Source: Polyangiales bacterium
GTDB lineage: Bacteria; Myxococcota_A; Polyangia; Polyangiales; JADJQN01
Assembly: GCA_964202905.1 (NCBI GenBank)
Contig: CAXNJO010000001.1
Coordinates: 416,001-480,000 of the forward strand
Direction: 5' to 3'
DNA length: 64,000 bases
The number at the start of each line of letters is the position of its first letter. Position 1 is the stretch's first letter. This document shows positions 27,929-36,922 of the stretch, in pieces. The notes under the pieces were generated by a model that saw only the letters and a program-made list of their open reading frames with translations, ran no database searches and was not told the origin of the DNA. The translations under genes and the position numbers were made by a program.

Positions 27929-30718
27929 TCAGGAACCGCGGCGGATGCGCACGCGGACGAGCACGTCGTCAGGGAGGACCCCGTCGAGCAGGTCGAGGCC
28001 CCGCACGACACGCGCGAACGCCGTGTAGCGGCCGTCGAGGTGCGGCTGGGCCGCCTGCGCGATGAAGAACTGGCTCCCGCCGGTGTCGCGGCCCGCGAGC
28101 GCCATGCCGACGGTCCCGCGCTCGTAGCGGACGCGGTTGTCCTCGCAGCGCTGCGAGAAGCCGGGGCCTCCGTAGCCGTCGCCGCGCGGGTCGCCGCCCT
28201 GCACGACGAAGCCGGGCACGACGCGGTGCAAGCGCAGGCCGTCGTAGAAGCCGCGCTCCGCAAGCTGGACGAAGCGGGCGACGGTGGCCGGCGCCTCATC
28301 GGGCAGCAGCTGGAGCTCCACCTCCCCGGACGCGAGCGTGATCACCGCGCGGAGCCGCTCGTCGGCGCGCGGCAGGTCCGCGGCGGAGAGCGCGTCGCGC
28401 AAGGGGGGCGTCTCGCCGGACACGTCGGCGGCGTCGCCCGTGGAGGCATCGACGAACACGTCCGCGGCGGCGGCAGAAGCGGCCGATCCGCCCGCGTCCG
28501 GCGCGGTGGCCCCCGGCGCGTCCACCGCGTCCACCGGCCGAGCGGAGGCTGCGGACGCTGCGGAAGGCGCGGATGTGCCGGGGACGGCGGTGGGGCTGGG
28601 TGTGCGCGCCAGGGAGAGCGTCGCGAGCGTCTGCCGGGTCGTGGCCGCTTTGCGGCGCACCGCGACGTTGGTGTGGGCCTCGAGGGCGCGGACGGCGTCG
28701 CCGAGCGCGGGGTCCCGGAGGGCCGCGACGGCGTCGAGCCAGCCCTGCAATCCCTCGAGTTCGTCGGTGCGGCGGAGCAGGTCGTGCGCCGCGGAGAGCG
28801 CGGTACGCACCTCCGCGGAGAGCGGAGCGGCTGGGCGTTGGGCGCGACCGACCCCGGACGGCGGCGGTGGGGCGGGGCCACCCGATGGCAGCGCATCGAC
28901 CCAGCCGCGCAGCCGCGCCGGGCGCGCCACGACCGCCTCGAGCGCGCTCGTGACGACACCGGGATCCGACTCGCGCAGTCCCCGCAGCACGAGACGCACC
29001 GCGAGCACGTCCTCGACAGCGGGGGTCGCGGCGAGCACCGCTTCGCGCACGCGTGCATCCCCTCGCTCGTAGAGGCGGAGCAGGTAGCCCGCGCGCCCCG
29101 CCGGGTCGCCCGACGCGCGGGCGAGGACCTGTGCGGCGCGGACGTCGCGCTCGGCCTCGCCGACCAGACCATGTCCACAGCGCAGGACGCGCTGCGGCCA
29201 GCCGTGCACCGCATCCACGAGCCGCGCGGCGAGGCAGTGGGCCAGCCCGTCGGCACGCGTCGCGCGCGACGAGACGTCGCCGAGTCGACGCAGGGCTTCG
29301 TCCGCGAGGGGCGCGACGCCCACACCCGTCGCGACCGGCAGCGCCTCGTCGAGTGCCACGAGCAACACGTGCGCTGCCGGGAGGGAGAGCCCGGCCGCCG
29401 TCCCCACTGCGGCGTCCGTCGGAGCGCCCGCCATGCGCGCGTCGGATGACTGCGCATCGGGTTGCCTCGGGCCCTGCTGCGGGGGCCGCGCTGCGGGGCG
29501 CACGGGGATCTGCGCGTCGAGCACGGCGCGGAGGGCGTCCGCATAGGGGCCGTCGTGCGCGGGGTCGCTGCGCCGGGCGAGCGAACGAAAGGCCTGCGCG
29601 CCGACGCGCCAGTCGGGGTCGCCCGCGAGCGCGACGAGGTCGCCGACGCCCGTCGCCGGGTGTGCGCCGTACGCCCGCGCGGCCATCAAGCGCACTTCCG
29701 GGTCTGCGTCGCGCGCGGTGGCTCGGAGAGCGCGCTCGAGCGCTGCGTGCGTCTCCGCGCTCGACGGCGTGGGGGACGGCTGGCGGGCGAGCGCCCAGGT
29801 GCAAGCCAGGCGCACCGCGGGGGACGCATCCTCGGCAGCGTGCGATGCCACCGCAGCGAGCAGCGCCGCCTCGACTGCGCGTCCACGGAGCCCCGCGGCC
29901 CCGACGCCGCGGCACGCGCCTTCACGCACGGGCGTGTTGGCCGCGTCGTCCGGCGTCTCTGCGGATAGCGCGTCGCGCCACGCGGACTCGGCTTCCGGGC
30001 CAGCGACCCGCCCGAGATCGGCGAGCAGCACCCCGCGCGTACGCGCATCGGGCTCCGTCGCAGCGGCGCCGAGGAGCCGGGTCCGCACCTCACGGGGCGC
30101 GTCGTCCTCGAGTGCGGCGAGACCCAACGAGGCAGCGCGCCGAACCACCGGGTCGGGGTCCGCGAGCGCTGCAGAGAGCTCCGGCACGAAGCGTTCGGCG
30201 TGGAGACGGGCCACGGCGACGGTCGCGGCCGCGCGCGTCGGGGCCTCCGGTGCGAGGAGCGCGTCGCGGAGCGCGGGCGTGATCGCGCGGGCGTCCGCTG
30301 CGGCATGCAGCGCGCGGAGATCGGCCGGATTCGACGGGGGCAGCCCGCTGCGCGTCGCCCCGCCGGCAACCCGGCGTGCGCCGGGATCGTCCGTCCCCGG
30401 CGTCGGCCCCGCGGTGCCGGATGCCGGCGCGGAGGGGCCCGCACCAGACGAGCATGCGGAGAGGACGACGAGCGCGAGCCAGGGCGCGACGCGGGCGAGG
30501 AGGCGCTGACGGAGAGACCTGCGTGGGACCCGCGGTGTCGATGCGCGCAGCGCGCGGCAGCGCCGCCCGGGGGCGGGGGGGCGCGACGTGGGCGCGCTGA
30601 GGCGCAGCGCGCAGCCGCGCAGCGACAGGTGCAGATCGCATGGCGCAGGGCACGGCGCAGGGCTGGCGGGCCTTCCGGATCCGCCGCGCGACCGCGGTCG
30701 ATCCGACGTACCTGACAT
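27929..30718 (-). CDS. Lipoprotein with HEAT repeats and C-terminal cyclophilin-type peptidyl-prolyl isomerase
   Basis: Lipobox VLSAC; HEAT repeats (LADPDPVVRRAA, DADPEVRLMAA); GFYDGLRLHRVVPGFVVQGGDP, GMALAGRDTGGSQFFI, HLDGRYT. The start is uncertain and may lie closer to 30500. Confidence 0.85.
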   Translation of the reverse strand: MSGTSDRPRSRGGSGRPASPAPCPAPCDLHLSLRGCALRLSAPTSRPPAPGRRCRALRASTPRVPRRSLRQRLLARVAPWLALVVLSACSSGAGPSAPASGTAGPTPGTDDPGARRVAGGATRSGLPPSNPADLRALHAAADARAITPALRDALLAPEAPTRAAATVAVARLHAERFVPELSAALADPDPVVRRAASLGLAALEDDAPREVRTRLLGAAATEPDARTRGVLLADLGRVAGPEAESAWRDALSAETPDDAANTPVREGACRGVGAAGLRGRAVEAALLAAVASHAAEDASPAVRLACTWALARQPSPTPSSAETHAALERALRATARDADPEVRLMAARAYGAHPATGVGDLVALAGDPDWRVGAQAFRSLARRSDPAHDGPYADALRAVLDAQIPVRPAARPPQQGPRQPDAQSSDARMAGAPTDAAVGTAAGLSLPAAHVLLVALDEALPVATGVGVAPLADEALRRLGDVSSRATRADGLAHCLAARLVDAVHGWPQRVLRCGHGLVGEAERDVRAAQVLARASGDPAGRAGYLLRLYERGDARVREAVLAATPAVEDVLAVRLVLRGLRESDPGVVTSALEAVVARPARLRGWVDALPSGGPAPPPPSGVGRAQRPAAPLSAEVRTALSAAHDLLRRTDELEGLQGWLDAVAALRDPALGDAVRALEAHTNVAVRRKAATTRQTLATLSLARTPSPTAVPGTSAPSAASAASARPVDAVDAPGATAPDAGGSAASAAAADVFVDASTGDAADVSGETPPLRDALSAADLPRADERLRAVITLASGEVELQLLPDEAPATVARFVQLAERGFYDGLRLHRVVPGFVVQGGDPRGDGYGGPGFSQRCEDNRVRYERGTVGMALAGRDTGGSQFFIAQAAQPHLDGRYTAFARVVRGLDLLDGVLPDDVLVRVRIRRGS

Positions 30719-30749
30719 GACGAGCCGTGGCCATACATGCAGCCGCTTG

Positions 30750-30765
30750 TGTTTCACGTGAAACA
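30750..30765. promoter_or_regulatory. parS: parS centromere site (perfect palindrome TGTTTCACGTGAAACA)
   Basis: Exact match to the widespread bacterial parS consensus; ~33 kb from dnaN/recF. Confidence 0.93.
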
Positions 30766-31263
30766 TCCCTTTTCCCTGAGGAAACCGCCATTTTCGGCCG
30801 GTCGAGCGCGTGCGGCGGATGCCCACCCCGAACGCCCCGAGTCGAAGCCCCCGACCCGAACGCCACGCGGTCGCCCGCTCACCCGTCGCGCGTGAGGGCG
30901 CGCCGAACACACGGCGACGAGAACGCCGCCGCCGGGAGAGCCTACCAGCAGAGGGAGCGCGCGCTGAGGCCACCGCCGGCCGCCGCATCACGGCCTGCGC
31001 TCCCGGCGGCAGCGGCCCGATGCCCTCCACGGCCCCGCAGCGCCCCCCGCCCGCGTCCTGCCCCGCCGCGACGCGACACGGCCCTCTGCGGCGCCGACGC
31101 GACGCGACGCCGCCCGACGTGACGCGACCGCGGCGACGCCGCGGCGAGTGGCACGCGCGACATCCCTCGCGCCCCAACGCTCGAAGGCCCGCTCGCGCCC
31201 CAGCGCGGCACGGGACACCACCATGTCGGCGACGTCCGCCGACGCGTGCCCGCGGACCACCGC

Positions 31264-31274
31264 CACGTGAAACA
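31264..31274. promoter_or_regulatory. Degenerate parS (CACGTGAAACA, 11 of 16 bases)
   Basis: Right arm and core match; left arm lost. Confidence 0.5.
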
Positions 31275-31359
31275 AGCGCCCCCACGCCACACGCGCCGCC
31301 ACCCTCCCCGGCACCCCGTTCCGTGCCCGCCTCCGCGCGCCGTACTACGTTCCGGCTCC

Positions 31360-32610
31360 ATGTCCCTCGACGACGACGCGCGCCTCCGACTCGCTGCGCT
31401 CGAACGCGCAGGGCTGCTGCGGGCACCCGTCGAGGTCACCTCCCGACAGGGCCCGACGGTCCGTGTCGGTGGCCGAGACGTGCTCTGCCTCTGCGCGAAC
31501 AACTACCTCGGCCTCGCCGACCACCCCGACCTCGTCGCCGCCATGCGCGACGCCCTCGACACGCACGGCGCCGGCGCCGGGGCATCGCGCCTGATCAGCG
31601 GCACCATGACGCCCCACCGCGAGGCCGAACACGCGCTCGCCGCCTTCGTCGGTCTGCCTGCTGCGCTGCTCTTCTCGTCCGGCTACGCCGCGAACCTCGG
31701 CACCCTCCAGGCGCTCTACGACGCCGACGACGTCCTCTTCTCCGACGCGCTGAACCACGCGAGCCTCATCGACGGCTGCCGCCTCACCCGGGCACGCGTC
31801 CACGTCTACCCGCACCGCGACACGGCCGCCCTCGCGCGGCTCCTCGCGGTCCACCGCAGCGAGGGGCGCCGCGCCGCCATCCTCACCGAGAGCTTGTTTT
31901 CCATGGACGGCGACGAGGCCGACCTCCCCGCCTTCCGCGCGCTCGCCGACGCCCACGACGCCGCGCTGTACGTCGACGAAGCACACTCGCTCGGCGTCTT
32001 CGGGCCCACCGGGGCGGGCCTCTGCGCGGCCTCCGGTGTCGTCCCCGACGTGCTGATCGGCACGCTCGGCAAGGCGTTCGGACTCGGCGGCGCGTTCGCG
32101 GCCGCGTCGCAGCCGGTCGTGCGCTTCCTCCAGAACCGCGCGCGGAGCTACGTATTCTCGAGCGCGCCGCCACCCTCGGTCGCCGCCGCCGTCGCCACCG
32201 CCGCGACCCTGGTCGCCGAGGCCGACGCGCGCCGCACGGCCCTCTTCGCCCATGCGCGCACCCTGCGACAGTCGCTCCGCGCGCTCGGCTACACCGTGGC
32301 TGAGGGTCGCGGGCCGATCGTCCCCGTCCTCGTTGGAGACGCCCGCGCGGCCGTCGATCTCGCCCGCGCGCTCCTCGACGATGGCGTCTTCGTGCAGGCG
32401 ATTCGCCCCCCGACCGTGCCCGTCGATGGGAGCCGCCTGCGCGTCGTGCCGATGGCCACCCACACCGCCGACGACCTCGCGAACGCGATCGCCGCCTTCG
32501 CCGCCGTGCGGAGACCCGGCATGGGCCAGGCCGACCGCGCCCGCCGCGCCGACGGCCCCAGCGACGACGCACCACAACCGCCGCTCGCGACCCAGTGTGG
32601 AACCCCATGA
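31360..32610 (+). CDS. bioF: 8-amino-7-oxononanoate synthase
   Basis: NNYLGLA, GAGASRLISG, SGYAAN, SDALNHASLIDG, FSMDGD, VDEAHSLG, GTLGKAFG, AIRPPTVP. Confidence 0.93.
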   Translation: MSLDDDARLRLAALERAGLLRAPVEVTSRQGPTVRVGGRDVLCLCANNYLGLADHPDLVAAMRDALDTHGAGAGASRLISGTMTPHREAEHALAAFVGLPAALLFSSGYAANLGTLQALYDADDVLFSDALNHASLIDGCRLTRARVHVYPHRDTAALARLLAVHRSEGRRAAILTESLFSMDGDEADLPAFRALADAHDAALYVDEAHSLGVFGPTGAGLCAASGVVPDVLIGTLGKAFGLGGAFAAASQPVVRFLQNRARSYVFSSAPPPSVAAAVATAATLVAEADARRTALFAHARTLRQSLRALGYTVAEGRGPIVPVLVGDARAAVDLARALLDDGVFVQAIRPPTVPVDGSRLRVVPMATHTADDLANAIAAFAAVRRPGMGQADRARRADGPSDDAPQPPLATQCGTP

Positions 32611-33281
32611 TTCGAGGCCTCTTCATCACCGCCACCGGCACCGGCGTCGGCAAGACCTTCGTCTCGCGCGGGCTCGCCCGGGCGCTTGTTTCACGTGACA
32701 CAACCGTCGCGGCGCTGAAGCCGCTCGAGACCGGTTGCGTCGCCGGCCACGCCGAAGACGCCACCGCCCTCGCACGCGCCGCGCGCCGGCCGGAGCTCGC
32801 TCACGCGCCGGGCCTCTACCGCGCCACGCGCCCGGCCGCGCCCTATGCGGCCGCGCTCGGCGGCGAGCCAGCCGTCCCACCGACCGCCGACCTCGTCCGC
32901 GCAGTCCACGACGCCTGCGTGGGCGCCACGCACGCCATCGTCGAGGGCGCGGGCGGCTTGCTCGTCCCCCTCGATGCGACCCGCACGACCGCCGACCTCG
33001 TCCGCGCCCTGGGCTTCCCGGCGCTGGTCGTCGCGCCGGACGCGCTCGGGGTGCTCTCGCACGTGCTCACGCTCGAGCACGCGGCGCGGGCCCTGTCCAT
33101 CCCGCTCGCGGCCGTGGTGCTCTCCCGACACGACGACGGCGACGCCTCACGCGACAGCAACGCGCGCATCCTCTCGGAGCGACTCGCCGTGCCCGTCTAC
33201 GTGTTCCCGCGCATCCCGGACGACGACGATGCGCTCGCGCGCGCCGTCGAATCCGCCGGTCTGCTGCGCGCCTTCGGGTGA
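32607..33281 (+). CDS. bioD: Dethiobiotin synthase
   Basis: FITATGTGVGKT, KPLETG, VEGAGGLLVP; overlaps the bioF stop. Confidence 0.92.
   Translation: MIRGLFITATGTGVGKTFVSRGLARALVSRDTTVAALKPLETGCVAGHAEDATALARAARRPELAHAPGLYRATRPAAPYAAALGGEPAVPPTADLVRAVHDACVGATHAIVEGAGGLLVPLDATRTTADLVRALGFPALVVAPDALGVLSHVLTLEHAARALSIPLAAVVLSRHDDGDASRDSNARILSERLAVPVYVFPRIPDDDDALARAVESAGLLRAFG
32687..32702. promoter_or_regulatory. parS: parS variant TGTTTCACGTGACACA (15/16) inside bioD
   Basis: One mismatch to consensus; in-frame within the bioD coding sequence. Confidence 0.8.
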
Positions 33282-33391
33282 GGCGCGGCGCCGAGACCAC
33301 ACCCCGGCGCTCACTCCGAATCAGCCGGCCCCGCACCCACGCGCCACAGGCGCGCAGCGGGGGCCGCTGCGCATCGAAACGCGCGGGAGGC

Positions 33392-34558
33392 TCATTCGAA
33401 CGCGGCGAGACCGGTGATGTCCTGCCCGACGATGAGCGTGTGGATGTCGTGCGTGCCCTCGTAGGTGAACACCGTCTCGAGGTTCATCATGTGCCGCCCC
33501 ACCGGGTACTCGAACATGATGCCGTTCGCGCCGAGCACGTCGCGCGACGCGCGCGCGATGTCGAGGGCGATCTTCACGTTGTTGCGCTTCGCCAGGGAGA
33601 TCTGCGCGGGGCGCGCCTTGCCCGCCTCCTTCAACCGACCGAGTTGCAGCGCCAGCAGCTGCGCTTTGGTGATCTCGCTCACCATTTCCACCAGCTTCTG
33701 CTGCACGAGCTGGTAACCGGCGAGGGGCCGCTTGAACTGGACACGACTCTTCGCGTAGTCGAGCGCCGTCTCGTAGCAGCTCATCGCCGCACCGATCGCG
33801 CCCCACGCGATCCCGTATCGCGCTTGAGACAGGCACGAGAGCGGGCCCTTCATGCCGGAGACGCCCGGCAGGATTGCGTCCTCGGGGACCTCGCAATCCT
33901 CGAGGATCAGCTCGCTGGTGATGCTGGCCCGCAGCGAGAACTTGTCGTCGATCTTGCGAACCGTGAGGCCCGGCGTGCCGCGCGGAACGAGGAAACCGCG
34001 CACCACGCCGTCGAGCTTCGCCCACACGATGCAGACGTCGGCGATCGAGCCGTTGGTGATCCAGCGCTTGGTCCCGTTGATCCGGAAGCCGCCGCCGGTG
34101 ACGCGCTCGGCGCGCGTGATCATGCCCGTCGGGTTCGAGCCGAAGTCCGGCTCCGTGAGCCCGAAGCAGCCGATCCGCTCGCCGCGCGCCATCCCAGGGA
34201 GCCAGCGCTCCTTCTGGGCCTCCGAGCCGAAGGCCGAGATCGGGTACATGACGAGCCCGCTCTGCACGGAGCAGAACGACCGGATGCCGGAGTCGCCGCG
34301 CTCGAGCTCCTGCGTCGCGAGGCCATACGCCACGGGTCCCATGCCCGCGCACCCGTACCCCGTGAGGCTCGCGCCGAGCAGACCGAGCTCCGCGAATTGC
34401 GGGATCAGCTCGACCGGAAACGTGCCGTCCTGGTAGTGACGCCCGATGGACGGGACGATCTTCTCCTCGACGAAGCGACGCACGCTGCCGCGCACCAGCT
34501 TTTCCTCGTCGCTGAGCAGATCATCGATGCCGTAGAAGTCGACCCCTTGAAACGCCAT
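33392..34558 (-). CDS. Acyl-CoA dehydrogenase, glutaryl-CoA dehydrogenase-like
   Basis: ELERGDSGIRSFCSVQSGLVMYPI, GCFGLTEPDFGS, KFSLRASITSEL, TYEGTHDIH. Confidence 0.88.
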   Translation of the reverse strand: MAFQGVDFYGIDDLLSDEEKLVRGSVRRFVEEKIVPSIGRHYQDGTFPVELIPQFAELGLLGASLTGYGCAGMGPVAYGLATQELERGDSGIRSFCSVQSGLVMYPISAFGSEAQKERWLPGMARGERIGCFGLTEPDFGSNPTGMITRAERVTGGGFRINGTKRWITNGSIADVCIVWAKLDGVVRGFLVPRGTPGLTVRKIDDKFSLRASITSELILEDCEVPEDAILPGVSGMKGPLSCLSQARYGIAWGAIGAAMSCYETALDYAKSRVQFKRPLAGYQLVQQKLVEMVSEITKAQLLALQLGRLKEAGKARPAQISLAKRNNVKIALDIARASRDVLGANGIMFEYPVGRHMMNLETVFTYEGTHDIHTLIVGQDITGLAAFE

Positions 34559-34647
34559 GCGCGGTGCCTCCTCGCGAGCCTGCTCGCCCGGCGGTGCTTA
34601 GCACTTGCAGCCTCGCGGTGCGCGAGTATAGTGACGGCCTTCGATCC

Positions 34648-34720
34648 GGGGATGTAGCTCAGCTGGGAGAGCGCTAGAATCGCACTCTAGAGGTCGCAGG
34701 TTCGATCCCTGTCATCTCCA
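34648..34720 (+). tRNA. tRNA-Ala (anticodon CGC); CCA end not encoded
   Basis: Acceptor stem GGGGATG/CATCTCC with G3:U70, D arm TAGCTCAGCTGGGAGAGC, anticodon stem CTAGA/TCTAG around ATCGCAC, T loop GGTTCGATCCC. Confidence 0.96.
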
Positions 34721-34730
34721 CCGCCGAAGA

Positions 34731-34767
34731 GAGGGCCGCGCCGCGAGGTGCGGCCCTCGTGTTTTGT
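34731..34767 (+). terminator. Probable intrinsic terminator downstream of the tRNA
   Basis: Stem GAGGGCCGCGCC / GGTGCGGCCCTC with GCGA loop, followed by GTGTTTTGT. Confidence 0.7.
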
Positions 34768-34817
34768 GGGCCGGCGCGCAATGAGGGCCGGCGCGCAATG
34801 AGGGCCGGCGCGCGATG
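34768..34817. repeat. 17-bp tandem repeat GGGCCGGCGCGCAATGA x ~3
   Basis: Two perfect copies and one degenerate copy, directly visible. Confidence 0.85.
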
Positions 34818-34861
34818 GGCGGCGCTGGCCGGCAGACACCGCCGCGGATACGTCCGCCACG

Positions 34862-36007
34862 ATGACGCGCGCGAGGCCACCGGCCGTGGAGCGCGGCTGC
34901 CTGCTGCTGTACCGGCTGCTCGACGTCGCCGACGCGGTGGACGTGCCTCGCCTGACCGCGCGCCTCGCGGCCGAACGCCCCGTCCGCAAGGTCGCGCTGC
35001 GCCACGACGCCGGGAGCGCGGCGCTGACGGAGCGCGCGCTACCCCTCGAGATCGACCTCGGCCCGCGCGCCGTCGCGCTCGCCTCCGGGGAGACGCTCGT
35101 CGGGGAGCTGCGCGCGCGCTTCTTCGAGTTCGGCGTGCTCTCGGTGTTGCTCGAGGTCCCCGTCGAGGCGGGCACGACCCTCGCCGCGCTGACCCCGCGC
35201 TGCGCGGCCGCGTGGGAGGCGCCGGAGCTCGATCGCCTCGCACGCGCGGTGGCCGACGAGCTGCTGCCTGCGCTCGGGGATGCGCTGCTCGGCGCGCACA
35301 CCTCCCCCGTCGTCGAGAGCTACGGCGTCCTCTTCGTGGAGGCGCTCGCGACGAGTGAGCCGTCGTACGACGGTGCGGCGCTGCCTTTGGCCGCCGAGCA
35401 CGAGGAGGCGCTCGTGCGGATCGTGCTCGGTGAGTGCGATCCGCGGCCGCTCGCCCGCCCCGAGATCGACGACGTGCTCCGGCACGCCTGGCGCTACTTC
35501 GCCGACGATCTCGCGGTGGTGCACTGGAACAGCGCGTTCGTGCTGGAGCCGGGCGGGAGCCGCGACGTGCCGACGATCCTCGAACTCGCGACCTCGCAAC
35601 GCCTCGAGCTGCGCGTGCACGACGAGCGCCTCGACCGGGAGCTCGACCGTGTGTACGACGAGCTCGCGCGTGCGCGGCGGCGCGGCTGGTGGCTCTTCGG
35701 CGCGCGGCACATGGCGCTGTCGCGCGAAGTGGAGGAGCGGCTCCTCGAGGTCGCGGAGCTCGCAGACCGCGCGGGCAATGCCGTGAAGATGGCGGCCGAT
35801 TTCTTTCTCGCGCGTGTGTACCTCTCGGCCCTGCGCCGCGTGCACGTGCCCCTCTGGCGCGACAGCGTCGACCGCAAGCTTGGCGCGTTCCGAGAGGTGT
35901 ACGCGATGCTCAAGGCCGAGGCCGAGGCACGGCGCGCGCGCCTGCTCGAGGTGATCATCGCGCTGCTCATCGCGTTCGAGGTGTTGTGGGCGCTGCTGCG
36001 CGGATGA
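34862..36007 (+). CDS. Hypothetical membrane protein (RMD1/DUF155-like, single C-terminal TM)
   Basis: DLAVVHWNSAFV, LELA..Q.LELR..D..LD, LLEVIIALLIAFEV. Confidence 0.6.
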   Translation: MTRARPPAVERGCLLLYRLLDVADAVDVPRLTARLAAERPVRKVALRHDAGSAALTERALPLEIDLGPRAVALASGETLVGELRARFFEFGVLSVLLEVPVEAGTTLAALTPRCAAAWEAPELDRLARAVADELLPALGDALLGAHTSPVVESYGVLFVEALATSEPSYDGAALPLAAEHEEALVRIVLGECDPRPLARPEIDDVLRHAWRYFADDLAVVHWNSAFVLEPGGSRDVPTILELATSQRLELRVHDERLDRELDRVYDELARARRRGWWLFGARHMALSREVEERLLEVAELADRAGNAVKMAADFFLARVYLSALRRVHVPLWRDSVDRKLGAFREVYAMLKAEAEARRARLLEVIIALLIAFEVLWALLRG

Positions 36008-36123
36008 ACGCGGGATTTTGATCCGCCAGAGCCCCGCGTGATACGAACGAACATCCCCATGGCGCCACGCGCACGCCGACGGTCGATCGATCCCACGGAC
36101 ACGCGACGTCTCCGGGGTCTCCG

Positions 36124-36894
36124 GTGAAGGCGGTCATCCTCGCGGGCGGGCTCGGTACGCGGCTGAGCGAAGAGACGCAGCTCCGTCCGAAGCCGATGGT
36201 CGAGGTCGGCGGCCGGCCGATCCTCTGGCACATCCTGAAGGGCCTCTCGGCCCACGGGATCCACGACTTCGTGATCTGCTGCGGCTACAAGGGCTACGTC
36301 ATCAAGGAGTATTTCTCCAACTACTTCCTCCACAACTCCGACGTCACCTTCGACATCGCGAACCGCGCGATGGAGGTGCACCAGCACAACGCGGAGCCGT
36401 GGCGTGTGACCCTCGTCGACACCGGCGAGCAGACGATGACCGGCGGGCGCCTCAAGCGGGTCGCGCGGCACCTCGGGGACGCGCCGTTCCTGATGACGTA
36501 CGGCGACGGCGTCGGCGACGTCGACATCACGGCGCTCACCGCGTTCCACCGCGAGCATGGCCTGCTCGCCACGGTGACGACCGCGAAGCCGCCCGCGCGC
36601 TGGGGCGTGCTCGAGGTCGAGGGTCACCGGGTCACGGCGTTCCGCGAGAAGGTCGCGTCGGACGCCGACTGGATCAACGCAGGTTTCTTCATCCTCTCGC
36701 CGAGCGTGCTCGACACGATCGCGGGCGACGAGACGCACTGGGAGCGCGAGCCGCTCGAACAGCTCGCGCACGCCGGGCAGCTCGGCGGCTTCCAACACCG
36801 CGGCTTCTGGCAGCCGATGGACACCGTCCGCGACCGCGCGGTGCTCGAAGAGCTCTGGGCCTCGGGCCGCGCGCCGTGGAAGGTGTGGCCGTGA
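36124..36894 (+). CDS. rfbF: Glucose-1-phosphate cytidylyltransferase
   Basis: VILAGGLGTRLSEET..RPKPMVE, GYKGYVIKEYF, TMTGGRLKR, TYGDGV, GFWQPMDT. Confidence 0.93.
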   Translation: MKAVILAGGLGTRLSEETQLRPKPMVEVGGRPILWHILKGLSAHGIHDFVICCGYKGYVIKEYFSNYFLHNSDVTFDIANRAMEVHQHNAEPWRVTLVDTGEQTMTGGRLKRVARHLGDAPFLMTYGDGVGDVDITALTAFHREHGLLATVTTAKPPARWGVLEVEGHRVTAFREKVASDADWINAGFFILSPSVLDTIAGDETHWEREPLEQLAHAGQLGGFQHRGFWQPMDTVRDRAVLEELWASGRAPWKVWP

Positions 36895-36922
36895 CGCGCC
36901 CGCACGCGCAGCAGGCCGCGCA

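Noticed and set aside
30750..30765. Palindrome upstream of bioF as a BirA biotin operator
   Set aside because: It matches the parS consensus exactly, lacks the long spacer of BirA operators, lies ~600 bp from bioF and recurs inside bioD.
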